A stretch of 64,000 nucleotides of DNA from Candidatus Parcubacteria bacterium (GTDB lineage: Bacteria; Patescibacteriota; Patescibacteriia; Patescibacteriales; UBA12075), in NCBI GenBank assembly GCA_002869165.1, contig PKTK01000012.1:7275-71274 (forward strand), in the 5' to 3' direction. Shown one piece after another: positions 28,326 through 36,583 of this stretch (positions are counted from its first letter, which is position 1; each line of letters begins with the position of its first letter). Below the pieces are notes generated by a model. The model saw only the letters and a list, made by a program, of their open reading frames with translations, made no database searches and was not told the origin of the DNA. A program made the translations under genes and the position numbers.

Positions 28326-29219
28326 ATGATAAAAAATACAGTAACTTCACTGGAAAATGATTTTTTAGAAATCAGTACTCGAAATACTGGCGGAGGAATC
28401 AAGCATCTTTCTTTTGTTGAATCAAGAAAAGATGGTTCACAAATACCCAAACACAACAAAATTATAAACAGCTTGCAAATCCTGTCACCAGTAATAAAAG
28501 TACCGAATTTCAAACTAGAAAATCATCCAAAAACAAGCCTGATCTTAGATAGAATATTTGAACAAGCCCTTGCCAAAAAATCCACACTTTCATCTTTGTC
28601 TACAGACAAAAGACAACTTGTAGCTATTTCCAACAAAACAGAAAAGCAAAAGCAATTTGATCATCAATCAAAGGGTGTGTTTTCTCGAGTGCCAGATTTT
28701 GGAGATCTTAGACATTCGTCATGGACGCTAGAAAATAAGGCTGAAAATTCATGTATCTACAAGTACTATTATTGTCGATACGGAGTTGAACTCAATTTCT
28801 ATATCAATTATTTTCTTCTAGGAAATTCTTTAGCTATTATCTGCTTAATCGAAAATCTACAAGGCCTCCCAATTCCCATTCAATTTGGCTTGGCAATCAG
28901 TTTTAAAAATCAAAATGGCTACAATATGAGTTTTAGCGACAAAAATGGAGCTACGGTATTTTTTGGTAAATATAAACTTCTCAATCTTTCTTTGATTGAT
29001 AAATTTTATTTGGATCTAGTGGACAAGGCGAGAATTTCTTTAAAAGCTGACAAACAATTTGCTCAAGGGTTTATACAAATTGAAAGTCGAGATAATGAAG
29101 TCATGCTCATACCAATGCTAACAAAAGTCACTGATTTTGATACTGAAAAATCAATGATAAAAGGTTATGAAAAGATAACAGCAAGCTTGTCAATTAACTT
29201 TGAAAAATGGGAAGACTAA
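28326..29219 (+). CDS. hypothetical protein
   Basis: 297-aa ORF with a GAGG RBS. Confidence 0.6.
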   Translation: MIKNTVTSLENDFLEISTRNTGGGIKHLSFVESRKDGSQIPKHNKIINSLQILSPVIKVPNFKLENHPKTSLILDRIFEQALAKKSTLSSLSTDKRQLVAISNKTEKQKQFDHQSKGVFSRVPDFGDLRHSSWTLENKAENSCIYKYYYCRYGVELNFYINYFLLGNSLAIICLIENLQGLPIPIQFGLAISFKNQNGYNMSFSDKNGATVFFGKYKLLNLSLIDKFYLDLVDKARISLKADKQFAQGFIQIESRDNEVMLIPMLTKVTDFDTEKSMIKGYEKITASLSINFEKWED

Positions 29220-29455
29220 TGAAAGAATCTTTCAAAGCAAGCGCTACCTTAAGTCTTGCAGAATATCTTGATTTCATGAAACTTATCAGTGACTTTGAGA
29301 TTATAGATAATATTGAATTGGAACATACTGACAACGAAAAAGATATTAATCTCACTGTCAAAGCCCAAGGAAAAGCCGCAAAAGAACTAAAAACTGGCTT
29401 CAAAACTGGTATATTGAATTTCTTTAACTGGGACAAGTGTTTTACAATCACTTAA
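29219..29455 (+). CDS. hypothetical protein, translationally coupled (TAATG)
   Basis: ATG 29219 overlaps the stop of the upstream gene. Confidence 0.5.
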   Translation: MKESFKASATLSLAEYLDFMKLISDFEIIDNIELEHTDNEKDINLTVKAQGKAAKELKTGFKTGILNFFNWDKCFTIT

Positions 29456-29457
29456 AC

Positions 29458-29487
29458 CAAAAAGGAGACTCCTGAGTCTCCTTTTTT
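29458..29487. terminator. bidirectional terminator
   Basis: GGAGACT 29464-29470 pairs with AGTCTCC 29475-29481, flanked by A6 and T6. Confidence 0.7.
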
Positions 29488-29653
29488 ATTTATTCCAATC
29501 TTTTATAACTAATTCATTACCCTTTCTAGTAACTATTAATTTTTGATTATCCTGCCAACCAAGTTTTCTAATTTCTGAAATGGGCAAAGTAATAGCATAC
29601 GAGCTGTTACTTTTAAATAATTTTCTAATGTTTTGTTCTTCAATTTTTCTCAT
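29486..29653 (-). CDS. AbrB/SpoVT-type DNA-binding protein, 55 aa (not in the ORF track)
   Basis: My translation is MRKIEEQNIRKLFKSNSSYAITLPISEIRKLGWQDNQKLIVTRKGNELVIKDWNK. It follows the swapped-hairpin pattern (xxYxITLPxxIRKxLGWxxxxKL). Confidence 0.6.
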   Translation of the reverse strand: MRKIEEQNIRKLFKSNSSYAITLPISEIRKLGWQDNQKLIVTRKGNELVIKDWNK

Positions 29654-29693
29654 ATTATTATAATATTATATTTACAGTCTAGCATTTTTTATC

Positions 29694-29749
29694 TTTAATG
29701 TATATACATATCTCTATACATATGTATAGAGATATGTATATACATTAAA
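29694..29749. repeat. 56-bp perfect zero-spacer palindrome
   Basis: TTTAATGTATATACATATCTCTATACAT|ATGTATAGAGATATGTATATACATTAAA, verified base by base. Lies 41-96 bp upstream of the AbrB-like start. Confidence 0.9.
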
Positions 29750-29791
29750 AAAGAGAGCTAAAAAATAGCTCTCTTAAATGTTTTTTATTTC

Positions 29792-30082
29792 TTACAGACT
29801 TTGCACTTGCCTATGAAGTTTATTGTCTTCTTCAGCGATTCTTCCAGATCGACAATAATTACTCCATTTTAAATTTTCAGTAGCAAGTAACTCACTTTTT
29901 TTATCTTTTGACAGTTTTCCTCTTTTACTTGAGAAAATAATATCATTGGCCAATTCTTTCCACTGTTGTCTCTGATCTTTTGTTGCATTCCTTTCGATGT
30001 CGGCTCTTCGCAAATACATCGAAATAATAGCAAAGCTTCCCAAAAGAACAATTCCTACCAAAATAGTTTGCAAAGCTGTCAT
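29792..30082 (-). CDS. hypothetical N-terminally anchored protein
   Basis: GGAGGAG RBS. N-terminal TM. 96 aa. Confidence 0.55.
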   Translation of the reverse strand: MTALQTILVGIVLLGSFAIISMYLRRADIERNATKDQRQQWKELANDIIFSSKRGKLSKDKKSELLATENLKWSNYCRSGRIAEEDNKLHRQVQSL

Positions 30083-30471
30083 TTTCTCTCCTCCTGTTTC
30101 AAAAAATATGATTCACAAATCTTTTTTCTAAACTTTCACACCCCTTTTTCTTTAATAGAAAATTATAGATTCCAAATATATCTTTTCTCCTTTTTAAATT
30201 TTAAAATGAGCTGTTTTATTATTTTATAATAATAATTATTATCATTTTTCTATTTTTTTGTCAATCAAAATTTTACCTGAAACTTTTCACAAAAAACAGC
30301 CGCTTTCGGAAATGCTCTTCTTGTTATAAACGGGTAATTCCCCTTCGTTTCACTTCGAAGGGACACAGCGGGAGTTAAATGGGCTCTCGCATGTTTTCAA
30401 ACTCGAACACATATTTTTTATTATTTATTATTTGTACTGCCAAGCTACTCTTGATTAAATATTTTTCACTT

Positions 30472-30567
30472 CTACCACAAAGGGGTTGATTCGATACACA
30501 GCTCATAATACAAAAAAAACCTTTTTCGAGGTTACTTCTGTATTATGAGCTCCAAACGCGATGGTAG
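30472..30567. other. nested long hairpin (candidate structured RNA or terminator module)
   Basis: CTACCA 30472-30477 pairs with TGGTAG 30562-30567. AGCTCATAATACA 30500-30512 pairs with TGTATTATGAGCT 30539-30551. Inner stem AACCT/AGGTT. Confidence 0.35.
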
Positions 30568-30690
30568 TCAAACCTGTTTATATCAATTATTGCTGGAAGT
30601 AAAAATAATATAAAGAATGCTAAGTTGTTACAATAAATAAAATAGCCAAAATTAGGTAAATATGTAATTTGAATAAAAATTACGTTATGC

Positions 30691-30719
30691 TTGACAAAAT
30701 ATTTATTATGTGGTATATT
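30691..30719 (+). promoter_or_regulatory. sigma70-type promoter candidate
   Basis: TTGACA 30691-30696, 17-nt spacer, TGgTATATT ending at 30719. Confidence 0.5.
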
Positions 30720-30787
30720 AATATATAAACATTGTTAATTTTTTTATATAAACAAACAAATAAACGCTCATTACAAGGAGAAATTAA

Positions 30788-31348
30788 ATGGAAAAAACAA
30801 TCGTTTTGTCGAGTACACAGAAAGGTTACATATCAGATTACTTCTGGGCAATCATCTGGTCTGTGGGATTATGGATTTTTGCATCATGGTGTTGTAGTTT
30901 TTATGAAACCATGATGGACTCATATGCCCCGTTTCAGTTTCTTGTATTTATTTTTGGGGTTTTGACTTACATCGCAATAGCAGCTATCGCCCTGTACAAC
31001 ATCCATTCGGCCATATATAAAACCAGGACAGTAGACACCTTTTATCTGAATGATAAAGGATATTGGAATAAACTTTCCAGTAACAGCTACGGATTCCCGT
31101 TTTCAAAATCAAACAAGCAAGTTGTCTTTGACAGAATCATCCACATTGATGTTGACCAAGGAAGTATTTGTCGAATTTTGAATACGGGAATCCTGAAAGT
31201 CAAAATGATTACCTTCACCAATGCGGATTCTAAGGAAGAAGACTGGAATATTTACGGTATCAAAAATCCTTATGACCGAAAAGCCGAACTTGAAAAGGCT
31301 CTTTTGGACCATGAAGGATTAATGGTAAAAATGTCTGCTGACAAATAG
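30788..31348 (+). CDS. membrane protein with a bacterial PH (bPH_2/YdbT-like) domain
   Basis: AAGGAG RBS. Two TM helices, then ..VVFDRIIHIDVDQGSICRILNTGILKV... Confidence 0.6.
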   Translation: MEKTIVLSSTQKGYISDYFWAIIWSVGLWIFASWCCSFYETMMDSYAPFQFLVFIFGVLTYIAIAAIALYNIHSAIYKTRTVDTFYLNDKGYWNKLSSNSYGFPFSKSNKQVVFDRIIHIDVDQGSICRILNTGILKVKMITFTNADSKEEDWNIYGIKNPYDRKAELEKALLDHEGLMVKMSADK

Positions 31349-31454
31349 TATTTATTCCATTTTTCTTCAACAAAAGCCCTCAGTTTTGATCGAGGGCTTT
31401 TTTCTTTTCAATTATATTGTTTTTAGACAATAAATAAAATGATATACTAAATAT

Positions 31455-31643
31455 ATGAGCAAAAAATATAAACAAGAAAAACTAGAACAAAGATATAAAG
31501 CAATTTTTTCAACCTCAAAAAGCAAAATAGATTTTCCCTTTTTTCTGGCAATTAACGAATATGTAAAATCTATTGACCAAGATGATTATTTGAGAAATTT
31601 GATGTATCGGTCAAAGCCATTTGTAAAAATCAAATCCATATAA
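31455..31643 (+). CDS. hypothetical small protein
   Basis: 62-aa ORF. Weak support only. Confidence 0.3.
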   Translation: MSKKYKQEKLEQRYKAIFSTSKSKIDFPFFLAINEYVKSIDQDDYLRNLMYRSKPFVKIKSI

Positions 31644-31733
31644 TTTACTAATTGAAAGAGGTCTATCCGGCAACTGACATAAACCAAGTTTTCAAAAATA
31701 AAATATCAATATCAGATCTTTAATCATAGGGCT

Positions 31734-31781
31734 CTGTAATAGTGTCATCTATAGTGTACACTATAGATGACACTATTACAG
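31734..31781. repeat. 48-bp perfect zero-spacer palindrome
   Basis: CTGTAATAGTGTCATCTATAGTGT|ACACTATAGATGACACTATTACAG, verified base by base. Confidence 0.9.
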
Positions 31782-31841
31782 ATATGATATTGAATGCCTA
31801 ATACAAAAAAACAAGCTCTTTCGAGCTTGTTTTTATATTCT

Positions 31842-32026
31842 GAGCGGGTAACGGGAATCGAAGTGGCGGAAGCCACACACCATCACTTATTTATGTTTTT
31901 TTATCTTAAATTCAATAATCTTTTATTTTTATATTCTATTATTTAAATACGCTTCTCAATCAGATTCATTACCGAAACTCACTCAGAAATAACAAAACAG
32001 CTCTGTTCGAGCTGTCTTGTTATTTC
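31842..32026 (-). mobile_element. cargo-less mini-insertion at the tRNA-Gly 3' end (element C)
   Basis: 31842-31862 is 21/21 identical to 32029-32049 (tRNA T-loop to 3' end), offset 187 bp. A hairpin GTGGC-TTCC-GCCAC (tRNA orientation; 31863-31876) abuts the ghost copy. A terminator follows each copy. Confidence 0.5.
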
Positions 32027-32101
32027 TGGAGCGGGTAACGGGAATCGAACCCGTCTATCCACCTTGGCAAGGTGATGTAATAGCCACTATACCATACCCG
32101 C
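32027..32101 (-). tRNA. tRNA-Gly (anticodon GCC), CCA encoded
   Basis: Reverse complement: GCGGGTATGGTATAGTGGCTATTACATCACCTTGCCAAGGTGGATAGACGGGTTCGATTCCCGTTACCCGCTCCA. The cloverleaf and T-loop GTTCGATTC are intact. Confidence 0.9.
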
Positions 32102-32282
32102 AAGTTTATAATTTTCAATTTCAAAACAAATAAGTTCTTTTTGAAAAGAAAAGAAAAGGCTTTTGGCCTTAACTAAATGTATTATAGATAATATTTTAAT
32201 ATTTGGCAAGGGCTTGATTTTGTTTTAAAATTAGGATATAATCAGACAGATATGTCAATTATGACATAAATGTATAAAAAAT

Positions 32283-32744
32283 ATGCCAGTACTAGCAATA
32301 AACAAAAGAGCGAAATTTGATTATGAAATCATCTCATCTCATGAGGCTGGGGTTGTTTTGTTTGGGCATGAAGTTAAATCTATTAAAACTAGAAAGCCAA
32401 GCATGAAAGGCTCTTTTGTTACTATTAAGTCTAGTGGTAAAAATGCTGAATTATTTTTGACCAATTGCCATATCTCTCTTTATGATAAGACTACTACTGT
32501 AGAAAACTACAATCCCGAAAGACCAAGAAAACTTCTAATGCATAGAAAAGAGATTGATAAATTAATTGGCAAAAAACAAGAACAAGGACTGACCCTGGTG
32601 CCGATAAAAATATATACCAAAGGCAATCTGATTAAACTTGAGTTCGGAGTGGGTAGAGGAAAAAAGAAACATGATAAGCGTGAAGATATAAAAAAGAGAG
32701 ATACAGACAGACAGATCAGACGAGTAATGAAAGAAAGAAGGTAA
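32283..32744 (+). CDS. smpB: SsrA-binding protein SmpB
   Basis: NKRAKFDYEI...GHEVKSIK...L.NCHISLY...RPRKLLMHRKEI. Confidence 0.9.
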   Translation: MPVLAINKRAKFDYEIISSHEAGVVLFGHEVKSIKTRKPSMKGSFVTIKSSGKNAELFLTNCHISLYDKTTTVENYNPERPRKLLMHRKEIDKLIGKKQEQGLTLVPIKIYTKGNLIKLEFGVGRGKKKHDKREDIKKRDTDRQIRRVMKERR

Positions 32745-32749
32745 TATTT

Positions 32750-32773
32750 TGTCATTCCCTACCGGAAATGACA
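32750..32773. repeat. short TGTCATTCC...GAAATGACA palindrome
   Basis: TGTCATTCCCTACCGGAAATGACA lies between smpB and ssrA. Confidence 0.5.
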
Positions 32774-32849
32774 AAATTTTGAACATTAAAAATTAAATAT
32801 ATAAATTGTTTAAAAATTTAAAATAACATAATTTAAAATTTTTAATTTT

Positions 32850-33237
32850 GGGGATGCTGGGTTTCGATAGAGAGACTATCATTTTGCATTCGAGATGAGT
32901 TCGTGGGAGTCTCATAAAAACTTTCACACCTAAATAAGTGCAAAAAATGTACTAGCAAAAGCTAAAGCTGCTTTCAGCATGCCAGCTTTTGCACCTGTTG
33001 TCGCTTAAAATTGCCACAACCATCCGACTTCTTGATGTCTAGTAGGGAAGACCCGGGTGTCATATCACTAGACTGGACCCGAGTGTGCGGTTAACTTTGG
33101 TCGAGATTTATCAAACTGCTCGCTGTTTATTTTTTTGTTTGGTTTTTAGATAAACAGTTAAATCACAAACTAATCTAGTCTTCGTAAAATTGTAAAATGT
33201 AACTTTCTAGACGCGAGTTCAACTCTCGCCATCTCCA
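32850..33237 (+). ncRNA. ssrA: tmRNA (SsrA)
   Basis: 5' GGGGATGCTGGGTTTCGA. 3' T-arm GCGAGTTCAACTCTCGC plus acceptor CATCTCC-A with the G3:U pair. Candidate tag ORF 32940-33008 is AKNVLAKAKAAFSMPAFAPVVA*. Adjacent to smpB. Confidence 0.9.
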
Positions 33238-33238
33238 C
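33216..33238 (+). repeat. attL core (part of the functional tmRNA 3' end)
   Basis: Identical to 41857-41879. Confidence 0.85.
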
Positions 33239-34418
33239 AATCAGAAGCAGAACCGAAAGGTTCTGTTTTTGGTTTATTGTTAGCATTAAACTGGACTCCT
33301 AATGACTTCATAATATCTACAAATTGAGCCTTGTTTATTTGCTCACTGTCCATATACTGTCCTTTTTTAGACAAAAGCTTGATTGAGTCCTCTAAAGTTG
33401 AAGGTGAAAGATGGGCGTATCGCATCGTAGTGGAGACACTGCTGTGTCCCATTAACTTTTGAATAACGACTATTGGACAGCCTTTCATCGCCAGATGACT
33501 GGCAAAACTGTGACGAAGGGCGTGCCACATAATCTTTCTGTCTTCCTTATTTTTTAGGTCTAAATTGCTTATAGCTTTTTTTAATGCCCTACGAGCGAGG
33601 TTTTCCTCAAGAAAGTTTCCATTTTTGTCTGTAAAAACAAAACCTTTTGATTTTTTCCTTCTTTCAAATATTTCACGAACCTCATAATCAAAAGGAATAT
33701 GTCTTTCCTTGCTGTTTTTTGGCACTCCTAATATATTTCGGTAGAAAGACTTTCTGACTGAAATAACATTCGTCTCAAAATTTATATCTGACCAACTTAA
33801 TGCACGAATTTCGCCATAACGAAGTCCTGTTCGCAAAACAAGCAATATCATATCTTTTAACATCCCATCAGTTGAACTTAATAATAAATCACTTTCTTCA
33901 AATGAAAGAAAATCATAATCTTGTGGAGGGACTTTTAAAAGTTTTATTTTAGGTTTCTTTTCAAGTTCGCTCCACTCAACCGCAAATTTAAGTATCGTGT
34001 TTAGAACAGTGATGTGTTCATTGATAGTCTTGTTGGCTAATCCCTTATTTTTGTTTAATGCCTTAAACTCTTCTATATTTAAACTTGTAATTAAATCCAG
34101 TTTTTTCTTTCCAAAAAAGGGGATGAGGTGCTTATTGAGAATGCTTGCCCTACCACGCACTCCTGAAATTTTACAATTATTCTTCACATAAACTTCGTGC
34201 CATTTCCAGGCAAATTTTTCAAATACTTCAACTTCCTTTTGCACTTTCTTAACAAAAGGATTTTCACCCTTTACCAATTTTTGCATTATCAATCTTTCAA
34301 AAGCTAAAGCTCCGTTTCTACTATTTTCAGGAGACTTCTTTCTGTATCTTTTACCTTGGTAACGAATATCAATGAACCACTTATTATTGGTGGTGTGTTT
34401 ATTTTTTATTACTGCCAT
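33219..34418 (-). CDS. tyrosine-type site-specific integrase
   Basis: Motifs: TGLRYGEIRAL (Arg I), HALRHSFASHL (H-x-x-R), GHSSVSTTMRYAHL (catalytic Tyr). The start is taken at MAVIKNK.... The last codons run into attL. Confidence 0.9.
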   Translation of the reverse strand: MAVIKNKHTTNNKWFIDIRYQGKRYRKKSPENSRNGALAFERLIMQKLVKGENPFVKKVQKEVEVFEKFAWKWHEVYVKNNCKISGVRGRASILNKHLIPFFGKKKLDLITSLNIEEFKALNKNKGLANKTINEHITVLNTILKFAVEWSELEKKPKIKLLKVPPQDYDFLSFEESDLLLSSTDGMLKDMILLVLRTGLRYGEIRALSWSDINFETNVISVRKSFYRNILGVPKNSKERHIPFDYEVREIFERRKKSKGFVFTDKNGNFLEENLARRALKKAISNLDLKNKEDRKIMWHALRHSFASHLAMKGCPIVVIQKLMGHSSVSTTMRYAHLSPSTLEDSIKLLSKKGQYMDSEQINKAQFVDIMKSLGVQFNANNKPKTEPFGSASDCGDGES

Positions 34419-34614
34419 ATACATCTTCAATACTGTCAATATTAAAACTATTTTTGACCTTATCAAGATTAAAACGGATTTGTCTGCCGACTTTAAAAAA
34501 AGGAATTTTGCGTTCTGTTACAAGACGATAAACAGTTGTAACAGAAACTTGCAACTCATCAGCAAGTTCTTCACCCTTTAAAAAATCTTTAGTTTTATTA
34601 TATTCAGTATTCAT
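34399..34614 (-). CDS. excisionase / MerR-AlpA-type HTH DNA-binding protein
   Basis: LKGEELADELQVSVTTVYRLVTERKIPFFKVGRQIRF. Lies immediately upstream of and overlapping the integrase. Confidence 0.8.
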   Translation of the reverse strand: MNTEYNKTKDFLKGEELADELQVSVTTVYRLVTERKIPFFKVGRQIRFNLDKVKNSFNIDSIEDVYGSNKK

Positions 34615-34704
34615 TACAATTTTTAAGGAGCAACATAGAGCCGACGGGTGATGTCGGGTGGACTATGTCGCAACCTTATCACAATTTTTATTAAATTCAA
34701 ATAT

Positions 34705-35580
34705 CTAATTTCTATTTAAATATTTTTCTAAAATTTTCTCCATTTCTCTTTTTTCTTCCTCTGTAATCTCTACTGATTTATTTATATCTGCAATTACATC
34801 CAAAAAATCATTTTCAGCCAAATTTTCATTCATTATACTACCTCTTTTATTAAGTTTATTGTAAAAATCAATAATGGTAATTATACTTTCATTTTCCAGA
34901 AATTTTTTAATTTCATTTTTATAGTCATCAACCAGCTCCCAGTCGGATTTTTTAATAAAATTTATATCATAATTTGAATGTATTAAATCAATTAAGTATA
35001 AATGCTTTTGAATGTGTTTAATTGCTTTTACTGTGTTTACTAATTTTCTTTGAAAAATAATATTTGGCTGGTTGTTTGGCTCAAGCTCTTCTGGCTCAAC
35101 ACCTTGAGGCGAAAAATAATCAATAAGCTTGATTACATCAAAACCTAAATAATTTTTATCATCAAAAATTTCTTCTATTTTTTTGAACACCCTGTCAGCA
35201 TCCTCTTGGTCTAAACTTTCATTCAATAAATTATAAATTTTCTCTAAATTATTTTCTTCTTTTCTTAATAAAATAAGTTTTACATCAAGCCCAATTATAA
35301 AAGTGTTTAAACTATTTAAAGCTGATTTATAATTTAAATATGCGGTTTGTAAATCCAGGATTATATAAGTAAAACTATTATAAAAAGCAATTAGCTTATT
35401 ATATTCTTCAACTTCTCTTGGGGTGGTGCAAATACCATTCTCCAGCCTCTCTTGCTCTAAAACGCTTATTATTCGCTCTCCACCATCAGTAACTGAATTA
35501 TTATTGGCAAACAATAACTCCACTTTCTCTTTAAAGGGTAAATTTTTTGATAAATTTTTAAAATCAATTTTGCTCTTCAT
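34705..35580 (-). CDS. hypothetical island protein
   Basis: 291-aa ORF. No motif recognised. Confidence 0.55.
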   Translation of the reverse strand: MKSKIDFKNLSKNLPFKEKVELLFANNNSVTDGGERIISVLEQERLENGICTTPREVEEYNKLIAFYNSFTYIILDLQTAYLNYKSALNSLNTFIIGLDVKLILLRKEENNLEKIYNLLNESLDQEDADRVFKKIEEIFDDKNYLGFDVIKLIDYFSPQGVEPEELEPNNQPNIIFQRKLVNTVKAIKHIQKHLYLIDLIHSNYDINFIKKSDWELVDDYKNEIKKFLENESIITIIDFYNKLNKRGSIMNENLAENDFLDVIADINKSVEITEEEKREMEKILEKYLNRN

Positions 35581-35584
35581 ATGT

Positions 35585-35962
35585 TTAGTTTAATTTTATT
35601 TTCTTTTTAACCACTATTGCTTCAATGGTTTCAATTTTTGACTTGATAGATATTTGCTCATAAGCTTTTAGTAGTTGCCCAGAAAGAACTCCGATGCAGT
35701 TGGCAGTTTTGTTATCCATTCTTCCTCCTCTAACCTCATTTATTACTTCGTTTAGTAGAGAAATTATATCCTCTGCTTGTTTAATCTCTATGGGATGTAA
35801 GTTGTGTTTAATTAAATTTTTATTTGCAATACCACCATTTCTGCGAGCTTGCATTTTTTCTTTTTCAGATATTTTTTCACTGTGCCAAAAACAGTGCTGT
35901 TCTCCTTTCAATGCCCGTGATAAACATTGACCTCCTTTTTCTTTTTTGTGTTCACATTGCAT
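35585..35962 (-). CDS. hypothetical island protein with an N-terminal C-x10-C-x12-C-x2-H knuckle
   Basis: MQCEHKKEKGGQCLSRALKGEQHCFWH resembles the CxxKxxxGxxCxxxAxxGxxxCxxH motif common in phage and plasmid proteins. Confidence 0.55.
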   Translation of the reverse strand: MQCEHKKEKGGQCLSRALKGEQHCFWHSEKISEKEKMQARRNGGIANKNLIKHNLHPIEIKQAEDIISLLNEVINEVRGGRMDNKTANCIGVLSGQLLKAYEQISIKSKIETIEAIVVKKKIKLN

Positions 35963-36080
35963 ATAAGTTAACTTATGGGGGGGCTATATTGTTACTCTAT
36001 TGTTTGTTTATTTAACCTTAAAGGAGATAACTATATAGTTCCTATATTTAGTATTATAGTAATATACTACTGTTCTATAA

Positions 36081-36425
36081 TTAAAAATTAATTTTATCCA
36101 CTTCAATTTCCGTGTCATTATCACGAATACTTTTGCCTATTAAATAGTTATCATACTCTTCGCTAAACTGATTTAATGCTTTTTTTGTCAATTCGTCCCA
36201 AAATATTTTATCTTCTGTAAAAAATATTTTCTTCCATTTTTTGTCCCCATAAGGCACGGACGGAGGGTAAAGAACAAATTGTTGGGTATTAGTTTCAAAT
36301 TTTGATTTACGAATTGTAAATCCGTTGATTTCAAATTGAGCAACTAACATTGTTCCGATTGCTGGCAATTTTTCATCATCACGATAAGTAAATTTAAAAT
36401 TTACATCCTCAATGCTAATTTTCAT
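36081..36425 (-). CDS. hypothetical island protein
   Basis: 114-aa ORF. Confidence 0.5.
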   Translation of the reverse strand: MKISIEDVNFKFTYRDDEKLPAIGTMLVAQFEINGFTIRKSKFETNTQQFVLYPPSVPYGDKKWKKIFFTEDKIFWDELTKKALNQFSEEYDNYLIGKSIRDNDTEIEVDKINF

Positions 36426-36583
36426 AAAAATATATTAATAATTAAAAAACCTATACTAATTATATTATTAGTATAGGCTATAAATATTGGCTAAAAATAA
36501 TAGGTTACATTATTTATTTTTTTAATCAATTTTGTAAATTATTAATAAATTCCACTATAATAAATAATCTAACGGGTTACATT

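Noticed and set aside
29486-29653. AbrB-type gene as the antitoxin of a toxin-antitoxin pair
   Set aside because: No co-oriented downstream toxin ORF exists. The gene is followed directly by a bidirectional terminator and a convergent gene.
27700-31840. The hypothetical-gene-rich stretch as a discrete tRNA-Gly-integrated island
   Set aside because: There is no integrase and no further copy of the tRNA-Gly 3' segment at its far edge. Only the 187-bp mini-element is bounded by repeats.
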